From a virus: a stretch of 64,000 nucleotides of DNA. Of the stretch, positions 55,506-64,000 are shown piece by piece; within the stretch, counting starts at the first letter, position 1; the number at the start of each line of letters is the position of its first letter. Position numbers and translations under genes: made by a program. The stretch spans positions 1-64,000 of the IMG/VR virus record IMGVR_UViG_3300010376_000001; one strand, written 5' to 3'. The notes beneath the pieces were generated by a model that was not told where the DNA came from, did not search any database, and was given only the letters and a program-made list of their open reading frames with translations.

Positions 55506-56270
55506 ATGGCAACAACATCATTAGATGACCTGAACTTCGAGAATGAAGGCAAAATCACGGCACAATCCGAACCAACTGGAACTGAAGATCTGGTTCCCGG
55601 CAACTTCTGGGACGGAGATATTTCGGGAGAAATCACTACCCGGGATAAAAAATTTCCCACGCTGAACTTAGGCCAGAAGGCTGGTAACATTGGAGAGGAC
55701 AAAGGATTTGGTTCCCTGGTCCTAAACCGCGAGACAGTAATTCTACCCGGGTTTCCACCCAATGAAACCCATGGTCAGATCCTCTCTGGAGTAATCGTAG
55801 CCAAAATCCAAAAGATGTACCAGGAGAAGCGGGATTATGACCCCTCTAACACTTCCCTGCCTCGCCGGTTTTCTACGGCTAAGGAAGCCGTAGCAGCCGG
55901 ATTCAGCACTGAGTACGGAGCAGGAGAGAGATTTGTTCAACCGGTGGCAGCCGAGCTGCTTCTGGTACCGGTTCCACCTGAGATGAAACCCGAAATGGCT
56001 GAACAAATCTTCCCTTACGAGTTTGGTGGAAACCGGTATCTGGCCGCTGGCTTTTTTGCCGCTGGTACCAGCTGGCATGAGGCAGCTAAACCGGTATTTA
56101 CCGCTTGGGATTCACCCAAGGTACGGGAACGAGGACTGCGCAGCGTGCGCTGGAACATGAGTGTGATCCGGCGCAGCGGGACAAAGGGCACTTGGTACGC
56201 CCTGAAGTTGTCGGCCGGCGGATTTAATGCGCCGGAACTGGTTAATGCTACTAAAGAACTGCTTCCCTAG
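55506..56270 (+). CDS. hypothetical protein; ssDNA-binding or annealing role suggested by position only
   Basis: 254-aa ORF directly after the nuclease gene. No motif recognised. Confidence 0.3.
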   Translation: MATTSLDDLNFENEGKITAQSEPTGTEDLVPGNFWDGDISGEITTRDKKFPTLNLGQKAGNIGEDKGFGSLVLNRETVILPGFPPNETHGQILSGVIVAKIQKMYQEKRDYDPSNTSLPRRFSTAKEAVAAGFSTEYGAGERFVQPVAAELLLVPVPPEMKPEMAEQIFPYEFGGNRYLAAGFFAAGTSWHEAAKPVFTAWDSPKVRERGLRSVRWNMSVIRRSGTKGTWYALKLSAGGFNAPELVNATKELLP

Positions 56271-56297
56271 AAGCATTGAACAATAGAAAGAGCGCCC

Positions 56298-56480
56298 ATG
56301 AACTATGACGAATATGCCATCGACCGGGTTTTGCACGAAACCCATGCTGTAATAACCGAACTGCAAAACCAATTGGCATTGGAACAGACCAAGCTAACCC
56401 AGCTTGAATCTAGAATCACGCCAGGTGTAAACTATGACGATGCCAACAACTACAATTCGCCGGCCTGGTTCGGCTCGTAA
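56298..56480 (+). CDS. small hypothetical protein
   Basis: 60-aa ORF with a short coiled-coil segment. Confidence 0.4.
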   Translation: MNYDEYAIDRVLHETHAVITELQNQLALEQTKLTQLESRITPGVNYDDANNYNSPAWFGS

Positions 56481-56964
56481 CGAGCCGCTTAAACTAAATC
56501 GTGAAGTAGCTCTTCAGATGATTCGCGGCCTACTTTGTGGGCCGCGCGTCATCAATTACACCCAGGAATCTATCCAGGGTCAAAATCAATGGCGCCATAG
56601 TTATCGATTCTTCATTGTTAACCCGACCGGGCTTTATAATGTTTCAGGGCTAGTAACCCTGATTTTTGATGTCCCGGTAGGAGATCGCACCCAGTGTTTT
56701 AGTGTTACCCAGATGACTCCGGAACAGGACCGGGAAGCTTTCTTAAAAGCGCTTCGCGGCCACCTGGAAATGCCGGATTTGGAGCTGACTGACCTACTCT
56801 TAAGCGCCAAACAAACCTTAGAGTTTGTTATTAGTCCGATGGCCTATGAATTTCTACCTTTAAGTAAATTGCCGCCCGATACCGAACTCAATGGCGGACC
56901 ACAAGAGCCACTAGATCATCAGTACCAAGGTGAACCTGTCGAAGATCCCCATCCAGGAGGATAA
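56434..56964 (+). CDS. hypothetical protein
   Basis: 176-aa ORF. The start is uncertain (ATG at 56434 or 56440). Confidence 0.5.
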   Translation: MTMPTTTIRRPGSARNEPLKLNREVALQMIRGLLCGPRVINYTQESIQGQNQWRHSYRFFIVNPTGLYNVSGLVTLIFDVPVGDRTQCFSVTQMTPEQDREAFLKALRGHLEMPDLELTDLLLSAKQTLEFVISPMAYEFLPLSKLPPDTELNGGPQEPLDHQYQGEPVEDPHPGG

Positions 56965-56965
56965 A

Positions 56966-57229
56966 ATGAGTGAAGAAAACGGTGATCAACCCCAGGTAAA
57001 CTGGAAAGGCGCCATAGCCAGTAACATTGGCTTCTTTCGCGATCAGGCGAAAGCTTTAGATGATGTCTACAATCCATCCCAGGTGGCCAGTGGTGCGCTC
57101 ATGACAGTTCTCATCATGAACCACAACATGCTTATGGCACAGGTTGCTGTTCTTCATCAACGCCTGGAAAAAATTGAGCAACACTTAAGCACCCATTCCG
57201 GTGAACCCGGTCCCCCACATCGCGATTGA
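56966..57229 (+). CDS. small hypothetical protein
   Basis: The ATG at 56966 is preceded by AGGAGG. The upstream GTG start given in the track is unlikely. Confidence 0.5.
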   Translation: MSEENGDQPQVNWKGAIASNIGFFRDQAKALDDVYNPSQVASGALMTVLIMNHNMLMAQVAVLHQRLEKIEQHLSTHSGEPGPPHRD

Positions 57230-59081
57230 TTTTGAGACGTACTACGACACCCAGTTCACGGTAAAGAAAATGGGGGTACAAGAGTACCTTGCCCATGTCG
57301 AAATTTACCTTATAACCGCTTATGACGGAAACGGACTTTCTATCGCCACTGATCCCAGGGATTTCGACTATCGTATTCTTCACGAACGAACCCTTGTCAG
57401 TCACAATGCCAATTTCGATGCTGGAGTGTTCGCCGCTCTCAAGGATAGAGGAATCGTACCTAAATCCATCCTTCCCAAAGAATGGAACTGTACCGCCAAC
57501 CTGTCCGCCTATCTTGGGGCACCTCGCGGATTAGAAGGTGCCTCCAAACACCTTTTAGGAGCAGATCATTCTAAAGACATTCGCAAAAAAATGCGGGGCA
57601 AACGCTGGGCAACACTGCCCAACGATCTCCAGCTAGCGGTTATCCAGTACGCCCAGCGCGATGCCCAGCTTTGTTGGCAAATCTGGAACCAGAACTGGTT
57701 TAAATGGCCTGAAACGGAACGATATTTCAGTCTTTTAACTTTAAGCATGTGCTCCCGGGGAGTTTTCCTGGATGCCAGTCACCTGGAAGAATGCCGGGAA
57801 TCGCTTTATAGCCAGAAAGAAATTGCCCTGGACGGTATCCCTTGGCGCCCACCGCTTTCCATGGCTGCCTTTCGCAAGGCTTGTGAGGCCGAGGGTATCG
57901 TCCCACCCCAGTCACTGGCCATAACTGATGAGGAATGCGATGCCTGGATGGAAATGTACCGTGGCAAGTATCCCTGGGTGGAGCATATGCGTAATTACCG
58001 GCGGTGCAACATCTTAGACAAAAAGATCGATAAGATGCTGGCCCGGCAACGTTGGGATGGCCGAATGCCGTATGAACTTAAATACTGGGGTAGTCACACC
58101 GGCCGGGATTCCGGTGCCGGCGGAGTTAACATGCAAAACCTGCCCCATGGTGAACTGTACGGAGCAGATTTGCGCGCTGCAATCATTGCTCCACCAAGAA
58201 CCCGGCTCGTTATCGCCGACCTGGAGCAAATCGAAGCGCGTATTTTGCTCACATTGGTCAAGGATAAGGACCAGTTAGGGCTAATCCAGGGTGGGATGAG
58301 TCCCTACGAGGCCCATTGCCGGGCCACAATGGGCTTTAGCGGCGCGGTTCTGGACAAAAAGGATCCAATGTACCGTCTCGCCAAGGCTCGTGTCCTGGCG
58401 CTCGGTTATGGCGCTGGCTGGCGAAAATTTAACATTATGGCTTACCTGCCCATGTATTTGGGGAAGGATGCAGCCAAAGTATTTGCTGCGCCCGTAAGCA
58501 AAGCAGATATCGCCGCATTCGCTGAATACTTGCATTCCTACGAGAAGGATAAGGCGATTTTGGCCAAATGGAAGGAACGTACTCCGGAACTGGAACGAGA
58601 ATGGACCAATTCCTGGCTGATTGTAAAGCAATTCCGGACTGACAACTACCGGATTACAAAGTTCTGGAAACACTTGGATGAAGCGGTACGAGAGAGCGTA
58701 GGTCACGAATACGGCGTCCAGCTGCCCTCTGGCCGGATCCTGCACTATGAGCGCGTAAAATCTTCCAAGGAAAATGATATCACGGCTGAAATCTGCCGAG
58801 GAGATAAACGGATGCGCACTAAAATCTATGGTGGCCGGATCTGTGAGAACATCGTTCAGGCTATTGCCCGGGATATTTTCAAGGATGCCTGTTTACGAGT
58901 CGCCCTGGCTGGTTACCAGATCATTATGCGCGTCCATGACGAGCTGGTTTGTGAAGTACCTGCTGAGCACCCTGATATCGATGCCCTCGCAATCAAAAAT
59001 TTAATGGGCGTTAGTCCTTCTTGGCTGCCTAGCTGCCCGGTATCTGCCGAAGCCAAGGTTACAGAAAGGTACCAAAAATGA
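57201..59081 (+). CDS. family A DNA polymerase with 3'-5' exonuclease domain
   Basis: Exo I ..IAIDFETYY.., Exo II ..SHNANFDAGV.., Exo III ..YAQRDAQLC.. Pol motif A ..VIADLEQIEARIL.., motif B ..RLAKARVLALGYGAG.. and motif C ..MRVHDELVCE.. The GTG start is required because Exo I precedes the first ATG. Confidence 0.9.
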   Translation: MNPVPHIAIDFETYYDTQFTVKKMGVQEYLAHVEIYLITAYDGNGLSIATDPRDFDYRILHERTLVSHNANFDAGVFAALKDRGIVPKSILPKEWNCTANLSAYLGAPRGLEGASKHLLGADHSKDIRKKMRGKRWATLPNDLQLAVIQYAQRDAQLCWQIWNQNWFKWPETERYFSLLTLSMCSRGVFLDASHLEECRESLYSQKEIALDGIPWRPPLSMAAFRKACEAEGIVPPQSLAITDEECDAWMEMYRGKYPWVEHMRNYRRCNILDKKIDKMLARQRWDGRMPYELKYWGSHTGRDSGAGGVNMQNLPHGELYGADLRAAIIAPPRTRLVIADLEQIEARILLTLVKDKDQLGLIQGGMSPYEAHCRATMGFSGAVLDKKDPMYRLAKARVLALGYGAGWRKFNIMAYLPMYLGKDAAKVFAAPVSKADIAAFAEYLHSYEKDKAILAKWKERTPELEREWTNSWLIVKQFRTDNYRITKFWKHLDEAVRESVGHEYGVQLPSGRILHYERVKSSKENDITAEICRGDKRMRTKIYGGRICENIVQAIARDIFKDACLRVALAGYQIIMRVHDELVCEVPAEHPDIDALAIKNLMGVSPSWLPSCPVSAEAKVTERYQK

Positions 59082-59464
59082 CTGGAAACCGTAGTCACCG
59101 GGGAACTAATCCGCCGGCTAATCTTCCACCAGAATATCCCACTCCCATGAACGCACTGGATCGCTTAAGAGCCCAATCAATGTCGCTTACCGGCGGCAGA
59201 TCGCCCGATGCGCTTCCCTCTGGAGGTCCCGGTTTACAAGGCCGGTGTGATGATTTCCCGCGTGAGGCTTATGTACGTGGCAAAACCAACCTGAAACGAC
59301 CTGAGGCAATCGTGCCGGTCAGAACCGGCGCGCGCGATGCGGCCGGGCCACCGCTTAACGTAAATCTGACCCAGCTGACCAGTGACGCTTCAGGCAAGTG
59401 TAACACCAGCGAGTGGATGCATGGTTGGTGGGGCCATTCCTGCGGTTGTGGCGAAGAAACATGA
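59078..59464 (+). CDS. hypothetical protein
   Basis: ATGA overlap with the polymerase stop. 128 aa, ending ..[16 protein letters not shown]. Confidence 0.45.
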   Translation: MTGNRSHRGTNPPANLPPEYPTPMNALDRLRAQSMSLTGGRSPDALPSGGPGLQGRCDDFPREAYVRGKTNLKRPEAIVPVRTGARDAAGPPLNVNLTQLTSDASGKCNTSEWMHGWWGHSCGCGEET

Positions 59465-60789
59465 GTAACGGTTCAATTACTGATGTCCCGGCTGGTTCCA
59501 GCGGATCCTTTGTCCGTCAATACGGTAAATGGGTCATTGCACCCAGGCCAACCCAAGGCGCGCAAGGTGTAGCCGGACCAGCCGGACCCGCTGGACCAAG
59601 CGGTTCTCCCGGTCCGCGCGGTCCCAGCGGTGTGTCGGGTGTGGCAGGTCAAACTGGACCACAAGGCGCACAAGGACCGCCGGGACCGACCGGGGCAGAT
59701 TCAACTGTGCCGGGTCCGATTGGACCACAAGGTCCAGCCGGAGCAGCCGGAGCAGATTCAACTGTGCCCGGTCCAGCAGGTCCAATCGGACCAGCCGGAC
59801 CACAAGGGCCAACCGGTGCAGATTCAACTGTACCGGGTCCACCGGGTTCAACTGGTCCAGCTGGACCGCAAGGACCGGCTGGGCCTGCTTCAACTGTGCC
59901 AGGACCGCAAGGTCCGGCTGGTGCAGTCGGTCCCGCAGGACCAACGGCAGTCAGTGCCAATGCCGGAAACTTAGCTACCCTGGGAACCGATAACCTGCTT
60001 TTTGTTTCCCAAGCCACTCTGGATGGGCGCTACGTCAACATTACCGGAAATGAAACCCTGACCGGGCCACTCACAATCATCCCGGCCAGCGGTACGCCTT
60101 TCACTGTTCAGACCGATCCGACTCCACGGACAATCAGCATTGATGCCGCCCGGAGTGGCTGGCCTACCATCGATTTTCAAGTCAGCGGGGGAAATCCTTT
60201 GTTGTGGGGAGATACACTGGGAATTGGAGTCACTAATGGTTCCAGGTTTGACCTCTATAGCATGAGTCTGCTCTTCGAGGATCCGGGGGGCAGCGTACAG
60301 CTCAGTAAGGGCGCCAATAACGCTCTTCAGGTTAATAACAACATCCTGTTTTCTCCCAGTACGGCTGGACTAAAGGGAACTACCACAGCTGATAACGCGG
60401 CGGCGGGTGTGGTCGGAGAATTGCTCTCGATAGTGCAAAGTTCCAATGTTGCACTCACTACCGCTGTCACGGCTAATATTGCCACTCTGTCCCTGACAGC
60501 GGGGGATTGGGATGTGGATGGGGTGATAAATTTTAACCCAAGTGCTGCTCCCACAGCGCTAAGCGCCGGTATTGCCACAACCAGCGCAACCCTGCCTAAT
60601 CCGGTTACACCTAATGGAGCACTTAATGCCCTTCGCCTCACTTTTACCGCCGCTGTCCAGACTATGCCGACCGGAACCTATCGGGTTAATGTCTCGGCTA
60701 CGACTAATGTTTACCTGGTGGCCCAGGCGACTTTCTCTTCAGGCAACTGTCAGACAACCGGGTTCATGCGCGCCAGGAGGGTGCGATGA
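59461..60789 (+). CDS. collagen-like fibre-type protein encoded in the replication arm
   Basis: The ATG at 59461 overlaps the upstream TGA. About 150 aa of G-X-Y with the same GADSTVPGP interruptions as 43586..46330, then a beta-rich C-terminal domain (..[15 protein letters not shown]..). Confidence 0.75.
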   Translation: MSNGSITDVPAGSSGSFVRQYGKWVIAPRPTQGAQGVAGPAGPAGPSGSPGPRGPSGVSGVAGQTGPQGAQGPPGPTGADSTVPGPIGPQGPAGAAGADSTVPGPAGPIGPAGPQGPTGADSTVPGPPGSTGPAGPQGPAGPASTVPGPQGPAGAVGPAGPTAVSANAGNLATLGTDNLLFVSQATLDGRYVNITGNETLTGPLTIIPASGTPFTVQTDPTPRTISIDAARSGWPTIDFQVSGGNPLLWGDTLGIGVTNGSRFDLYSMSLLFEDPGGSVQLSKGANNALQVNNNILFSPSTAGLKGTTTADNAAAGVVGELLSIVQSSNVALTTAVTANIATLSLTAGDWDVDGVINFNPSAAPTALSAGIATTSATLPNPVTPNGALNALRLTFTAAVQTMPTGTYRVNVSATTNVYLVAQATFSSGNCQTTGFMRARRVR

Positions 60790-60861
60790 AAAAGAAATTT
60801 CTAAACCAGGCTGCCTCCTACCAGGGTGGTGGCGTATCAAACGACCAGCGAGGAATAACTA

Positions 60862-61041
60862 ATGAACGGAGGTCCAGCAACCGGAAACGTTCCGGTCGGC
60901 GGAGCGGCGCCATCTTATCAAGGCGCCGGCCAGCAAGCGAAAGTTTTTCAGGGGAAAGGCTCAATACCCGCTAGCCCCCGCAACCAAAAAAGGAACCAAA
61001 AACGCGCGGCCCGGCGCGCCAAAGCAAGGGCACATAAATAA
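60862..61041 (+). CDS. 59-aa protein with a basic tail (competes with track ORF 60786..60974)
   Basis: GAGGAA 7 nt upstream of the ATG. Its TAA ends 1 nt before the next ATG at 61043. The alternative ORF 60786..60974 has an ATGA overlap with the fibre gene. I cannot decide between them. Confidence 0.3.
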   Translation: MNGGPATGNVPVGGAAPSYQGAGQQAKVFQGKGSIPASPRNQKRNQKRAARRAKARAHK

Positions 61042-61042
61042 T

Positions 61043-61351
61043 ATGGCAGGACCATTAACTGTAACATTCGAAACTCCAACCAGGGATGAAGAGGATAACC
61101 TGGATTACAAGGCTACCTTGACCTACCAGGACAAGGATGGCAAAGAGCAAACCGTAGAGCTGGAGGGGCATGAACCACTGATCGTGATCAACATGGTCAA
61201 TGACGCCATGCGCAACTCCCAAATCGATTTGAGTCGCGGTGCTCCACCGCCGGCTAAAAAGAAAGACGAAGCGGAGGAAAAACACCCGGTGGCAGCCGCT
61301 GCCAAGCAGAAGGCTGGCCAGCATCAGGAGCAGCACGCGCATGCCGGCTAA
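61043..61351 (+). CDS. hypothetical protein
   Basis: 102-aa ORF: an acidic N-terminal beta-type domain and a Lys/Ala/Gln/His-rich tail. Confidence 0.5.
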   Translation: MAGPLTVTFETPTRDEEDNLDYKATLTYQDKDGKEQTVELEGHEPLIVINMVNDAMRNSQIDLSRGAPPPAKKKDEAEEKHPVAAAAKQKAGQHQEQHAHAG

Positions 61352-61511
61352 ATCCAAGGTTCAACAGGAGTTCATGGGCGCCGAACTGGCCCGAAAAAGG
61401 GCTGGGGAGGCGACCAAGACCGGGATGAGCGAGCGCCAGCTTAAAGATTTCGCCTCAACCAAACGGAAGGGGCTGCCCAAACGCCTAGGCAAGAAAAAAA
61501 AGGCGAAATAA
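61341..61511 (+). CDS. DUF3008-like small basic protein
   Basis: MPAKSKVQQEFMGAELARKRAGE..MSERQLKDFASTKRKGLPKRL.. matches my memory of DUF3008 (MPAKSKAQQ..AA..KRGE..ASTKRKGLP). The internal ATG of track ORF 61239..61511 overlaps the upstream stop. Confidence 0.6.
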   Translation: MPAKSKVQQEFMGAELARKRAGEATKTGMSERQLKDFASTKRKGLPKRLGKKKKAK

Positions 61512-61571
61512 CAGGAGGAGATTAGCCTATTGGTACGGAAAAAGACGTCCAAGCAAAGCTAGTTAAGGACT

Positions 61572-61599
61572 GAACCCCGACCCACCCGGGCCGGGGTTC
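61572..61599 (+). terminator. GC-rich hairpin without a U-tract (possible terminator or processing site)
   Basis: GAACCCCGACCC-accc-GGGCCGGGGTTC pairs 11 of 12 positions. It is followed by the short tandem repeats CGCAAT x2 and ACAATTCA x2. Confidence 0.4.
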
Positions 61600-61663
61600 A
61601 AACTCGCAATCGCAATGCAACAGTGATTATGAACAATTCAACAATTCAACCGGGCTATTATGC

Positions 61664-62947
61664 ATGAAGCTCTTCAGTTATCAAGAACCGCATGTCGATG
61701 CGCTGGAGCGCGCCCTCTACTGCTACAATGTAGCGCTGGATGCCAGTGACCTAGGCACAGGAAAGACGATTTGTGCCTGTGCCGTTGGCCAACGGCTGGA
61801 AAAAGACCTGATCGTAGTTTGCAAGAAGGTCATGATCCCTACCTGGCAGTACTGGATGAACCAGTGGTGCCTATCTGGGGTAGTGGGAAACTGGGAACTG
61901 GCGCGCCGTCGAGGGCTTCCCAACCGGCAGGGCGCGCTTTACGTGTTTGACGAGATCCATGAAGGAGCGGGTTACAAGACCCTGAACAGCCGCCTGGTCA
62001 TAAACACCTTTGAGGCTGGCCATATGATTCTGGGCCTCTCCGCGACGGCTATTGAGTCGCCCTTGAAAATGTATGCCCTGGGCTATCTCCTGGGGTTTCA
62101 TAACTTAAATGACTACTACCGGTGGATGCTCAAGAACGGGGTAGTCAAGAATTACGGGTACGGCGGCTATCATTTTAACGGTTCCAAGAAAGTACTCCAG
62201 AACATTCACGTTAATATCTTCCCCCGGCGCGGGTCGCGTATGCGCAAAGAGGAAATTCCGGACTTTCCAGAGTGTCAGTTCATCGTGGAACTGGTCCAGG
62301 GGGAGAAAGACCCCAAATTAGACCAGTGGTACAAGCAAATTGACCTCCGGGAGACTGAACACGAAGCCAGGATGGCCGAAAGTGAGAAACCCTGGGACCT
62401 GACTCAGGACCTTTTGTCCTCCATTCTCTATTCCAGGATGCGTGCGGAGCTGTCCAAGGTGCCGGCCATCCTGGAAATGATCAAGGAAGGAGTTGCTGAG
62501 GGTCATCGGGTAGTGGTTTTTGTGAACTTCCTCCCAACGCTCCAGGCACTAGAGAGTATTTTGGATTTAGGTAGCGAACAATTGCTCTATGGGGGCCAGA
62601 AAACCGCAGAACGACTTCAAGCAATTGCGAGTTTTCAGGCAGGGAAAACTCCGATTCTCGCATCGACCATCGATAGCGGCGGCGCTTCAATTGATCTCCA
62701 CGACATAATTGGAGGTCAACCACGACTCGCGCTCCTCTGTCCGACCTGGCGGGCAGTTTCTCTGCGTCAGGCATTGGGAAGGGTACACAGGGCCGGGGCT
62801 TTGTCTAAATCAATCCAGAAACTGGTCTTCTGTGAGGGTGGAGTTGAGGCCCGGGTAGCTGAGAGGGTCAGAGAAAAGCTTAACGCGATAGACACGATCA
62901 ATGACAGCGATCTGAATGAGGAGGAATATGCCGTCCCAAGAAGTTAA
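61664..62947 (+). CDS. SF2 (SNF2/DEAH-like) helicase
   Basis: Motif I ..DLGTGKT.., motif II ..VFDEIHE.., motif III ..LSATA.. and motif VI ..QALGRVHRAG.. Confidence 0.8.
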   Translation: MKLFSYQEPHVDALERALYCYNVALDASDLGTGKTICACAVGQRLEKDLIVVCKKVMIPTWQYWMNQWCLSGVVGNWELARRRGLPNRQGALYVFDEIHEGAGYKTLNSRLVINTFEAGHMILGLSATAIESPLKMYALGYLLGFHNLNDYYRWMLKNGVVKNYGYGGYHFNGSKKVLQNIHVNIFPRRGSRMRKEEIPDFPECQFIVELVQGEKDPKLDQWYKQIDLRETEHEARMAESEKPWDLTQDLLSSILYSRMRAELSKVPAILEMIKEGVAEGHRVVVFVNFLPTLQALESILDLGSEQLLYGGQKTAERLQAIASFQAGKTPILASTIDSGGASIDLHDIIGGQPRLALLCPTWRAVSLRQALGRVHRAGALSKSIQKLVFCEGGVEARVAERVREKLNAIDTINDSDLNEEEYAVPRS

Positions 62948-63308
62948 ATACCCCTTCTGGCCTTATCCGCTAGATCCTAAAAAACCACGTAACAAGCACG
63001 AAGCCAAATTCTGGGAAGTGCACGCGCTTAATCCGGCAATCTACGACAAAATCAATGCCCAGGCTCAGACTTTACTGAGCCAGGGCAGAACTCACTATGG
63101 GGTCGAAGCCTTCTTTGCTTCTATTCGCTGGGATAGTGTGCTGGGAATGAACAATGAAGAGTTTAAAATGAACGATCATTACACTGCCTACTATGCCCGG
63201 TTCTGGCTGCAGAATAATCCCTACTTCTGGGGCTTCTTCGAACTGCGCCGGGTAAAAGGCGAGTACCCTAAAAAAGATGAAGCAGAAGAGGAACCGGTGC
63301 TTTTATAA
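62928..63308 (+). CDS. conserved phage hypothetical protein
   Basis: GAGGAGGAA precedes the ATG at 62928. ..FWEVHALNPAIYDKI.., ..FASIRWDS.. and ..YYARFWLQNNPYFWGFFELRR.. resemble a phage family whose name I cannot recall. Confidence 0.55.
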   Translation: MPSQEVKYPFWPYPLDPKKPRNKHEAKFWEVHALNPAIYDKINAQAQTLLSQGRTHYGVEAFFASIRWDSVLGMNNEEFKMNDHYTAYYARFWLQNNPYFWGFFELRRVKGEYPKKDEAEEEPVLL

Positions 63309-63342
63309 AAACGAAAACCGCCGGGAGTCCTATCCCCGGCGG
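63301..63342 (-). terminator. intrinsic-terminator-like hairpin oriented for the minus strand
   Basis: An 8-bp GC stem CCGCCGGG/CCCGGCGG (63318-63325 and 63335-63342) with a 9-nt loop. The T-rich tract (TTTTCGTTTTTATAAAA) follows the stem only when read on the minus strand. Confidence 0.5.
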
Positions 63343-63417
63343 CATTCGCCTAGAAACAATGTAGTATTTGTGCGAGCGCCCAACCCCCTAACACCTTGCC
63401 AAAAATGAAAGGAAGAT

Positions 63418-64000
63418 ATGGCTGAACAAGCCGATAATACCGCAAACCCCCCGGAAAGCAACATCGGAAGTTACCCTTATGATTGCATCAGGCTGGAACT
63501 CAAAGATTTACTTGCCCGGTTCGGTTCCAGACTGGGAATCGATTTTGTCCCGCTGGTTTTCGCTGCGGGGACCAAAGGCGGCGGAAAGTTTGCCAAGGAA
63601 TGGACCAAACGTAGCTGGGCAGAACTGGAAACTCAGCCCGGGTACAAGGAAGCTCTCACTAGCGGGAACTGGAATGTCGGTATCCGCCTAGGACCAAAAA
63701 GCGGCAAACTGTCCAGTTTCGATATCGATACCGCTAACCGGGTCGTAATTGACACTCTGCTCAAGTACAAGCCCGAATTAGCGGACACATTGTGGACCAA
63801 AAGCCCCAATCTGAAAAGTGGGGCCAATATCTGGTTCCGACAGAAGGGGGACTGGGCTAGGTGGACTCTGGGAAAGCATGAAATCAAGGTTCCGGGGATA
63901 TCCGGCAAGGAAGCTGATGCCTGCCTCGAATTCCGGACCCAGGACTGTATCCAGAACATTATCTACGGAGTCCACGATAAAGGCGGGGAGTACTTTTGCG
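63418..64000 (+). CDS. primase-polymerase (AEP/prim-pol) domain protein, 3' end outside the window
   Basis: AAAGGAAG precedes the ATG at 63418 and the frame stays open to the window end; it is not in the ORF track. ..NVGIRLGPKSGKLSSFDIDT.. (DxD) and ..YGVHDKGGEYF.. fit the N-terminal prim-pol domain. Confidence 0.55.
   Translation, partial: MAEQADNTANPPESNIGSYPYDCIRLELKDLLARFGSRLGIDFVPLVFAAGTKGGGKFAKEWTKRSWAELETQPGYKEALTSGNWNVGIRLGPKSGKLSSFDIDTANRVVIDTLLKYKPELADTLWTKSPNLKSGANIWFRQKGDWARWTLGKHEIKVPGISGKEADACLEFRTQDCIQNIIYGVHDKGGEYFC

Noticed and set aside
60400-61041. A diversity-generating retroelement targeting the C-terminus of the plus-strand fibre gene or other fibre genes.
   Set aside because: There is no reverse transcriptase ORF in the window. 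There is also no non-coding template repeat matching any fibre 3' end, and the intergenic space is too small to hold one.
61588-61606. A tRNA-like T-loop sequence (GGGGTTCAAAC) in the gap before the helicase gene.
   Set aside because: The flanks do not form a T-stem, acceptor stem or anticodon arm. The sequence is simply the 3' arm of the GC-rich hairpin.

Overview
The window reads as nearly one complete tailed dsDNA phage or prophage genome, with about 50% GC by eye and very tight gene packing. It has two divergent arms that meet at a consensus sigma70-type promoter near 53.3 kb.

**Minus-strand late arm (53252 down to 5690, about 47.6 kb, almost gap-free).** In transcription order it encodes:
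- large terminase, an enzyme-like ORF, portal and a scaffold-like protein
- three collagen-like or tail-collar fibre genes, then the putative major capsid protein
- a lysis cluster with a GH25 lysozyme
- a long run of tail and fibre genes
- a sulfotransferase-like ORF
- ejection-type proteins, including a DPBB plus M15 peptidoglycan hydrolase
- a single 3,563-codon giant ORF that closes the arm

I recognise no tail tube, sheath or tape-measure gene, so the virion looks podovirus-like.

**Plus-strand arm (53352 to the window end, apparently continuing at 1..5655).** It carries:
- an HTH protein and a RuvC-like resolvase
- a Cas4-like Fe-S nuclease split across two frames
- a family A DNA polymerase, an SF2 helicase and a prim-pol
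- an out-of-place collagen-like fibre gene
- many small ORFs, including a truncated and catalytically degenerate citrate-synthase-like protein, and an AT-rich orphan gene bracketed by 43-bp direct repeats

**Limits.** I saw no rRNA, tRNA, CRISPR array, integrase or reverse transcriptase. All functional calls rest on motifs I recognise in the supplied translations. No database search, HMM or numerical composition analysis was possible, so family names are hypotheses to be checked.
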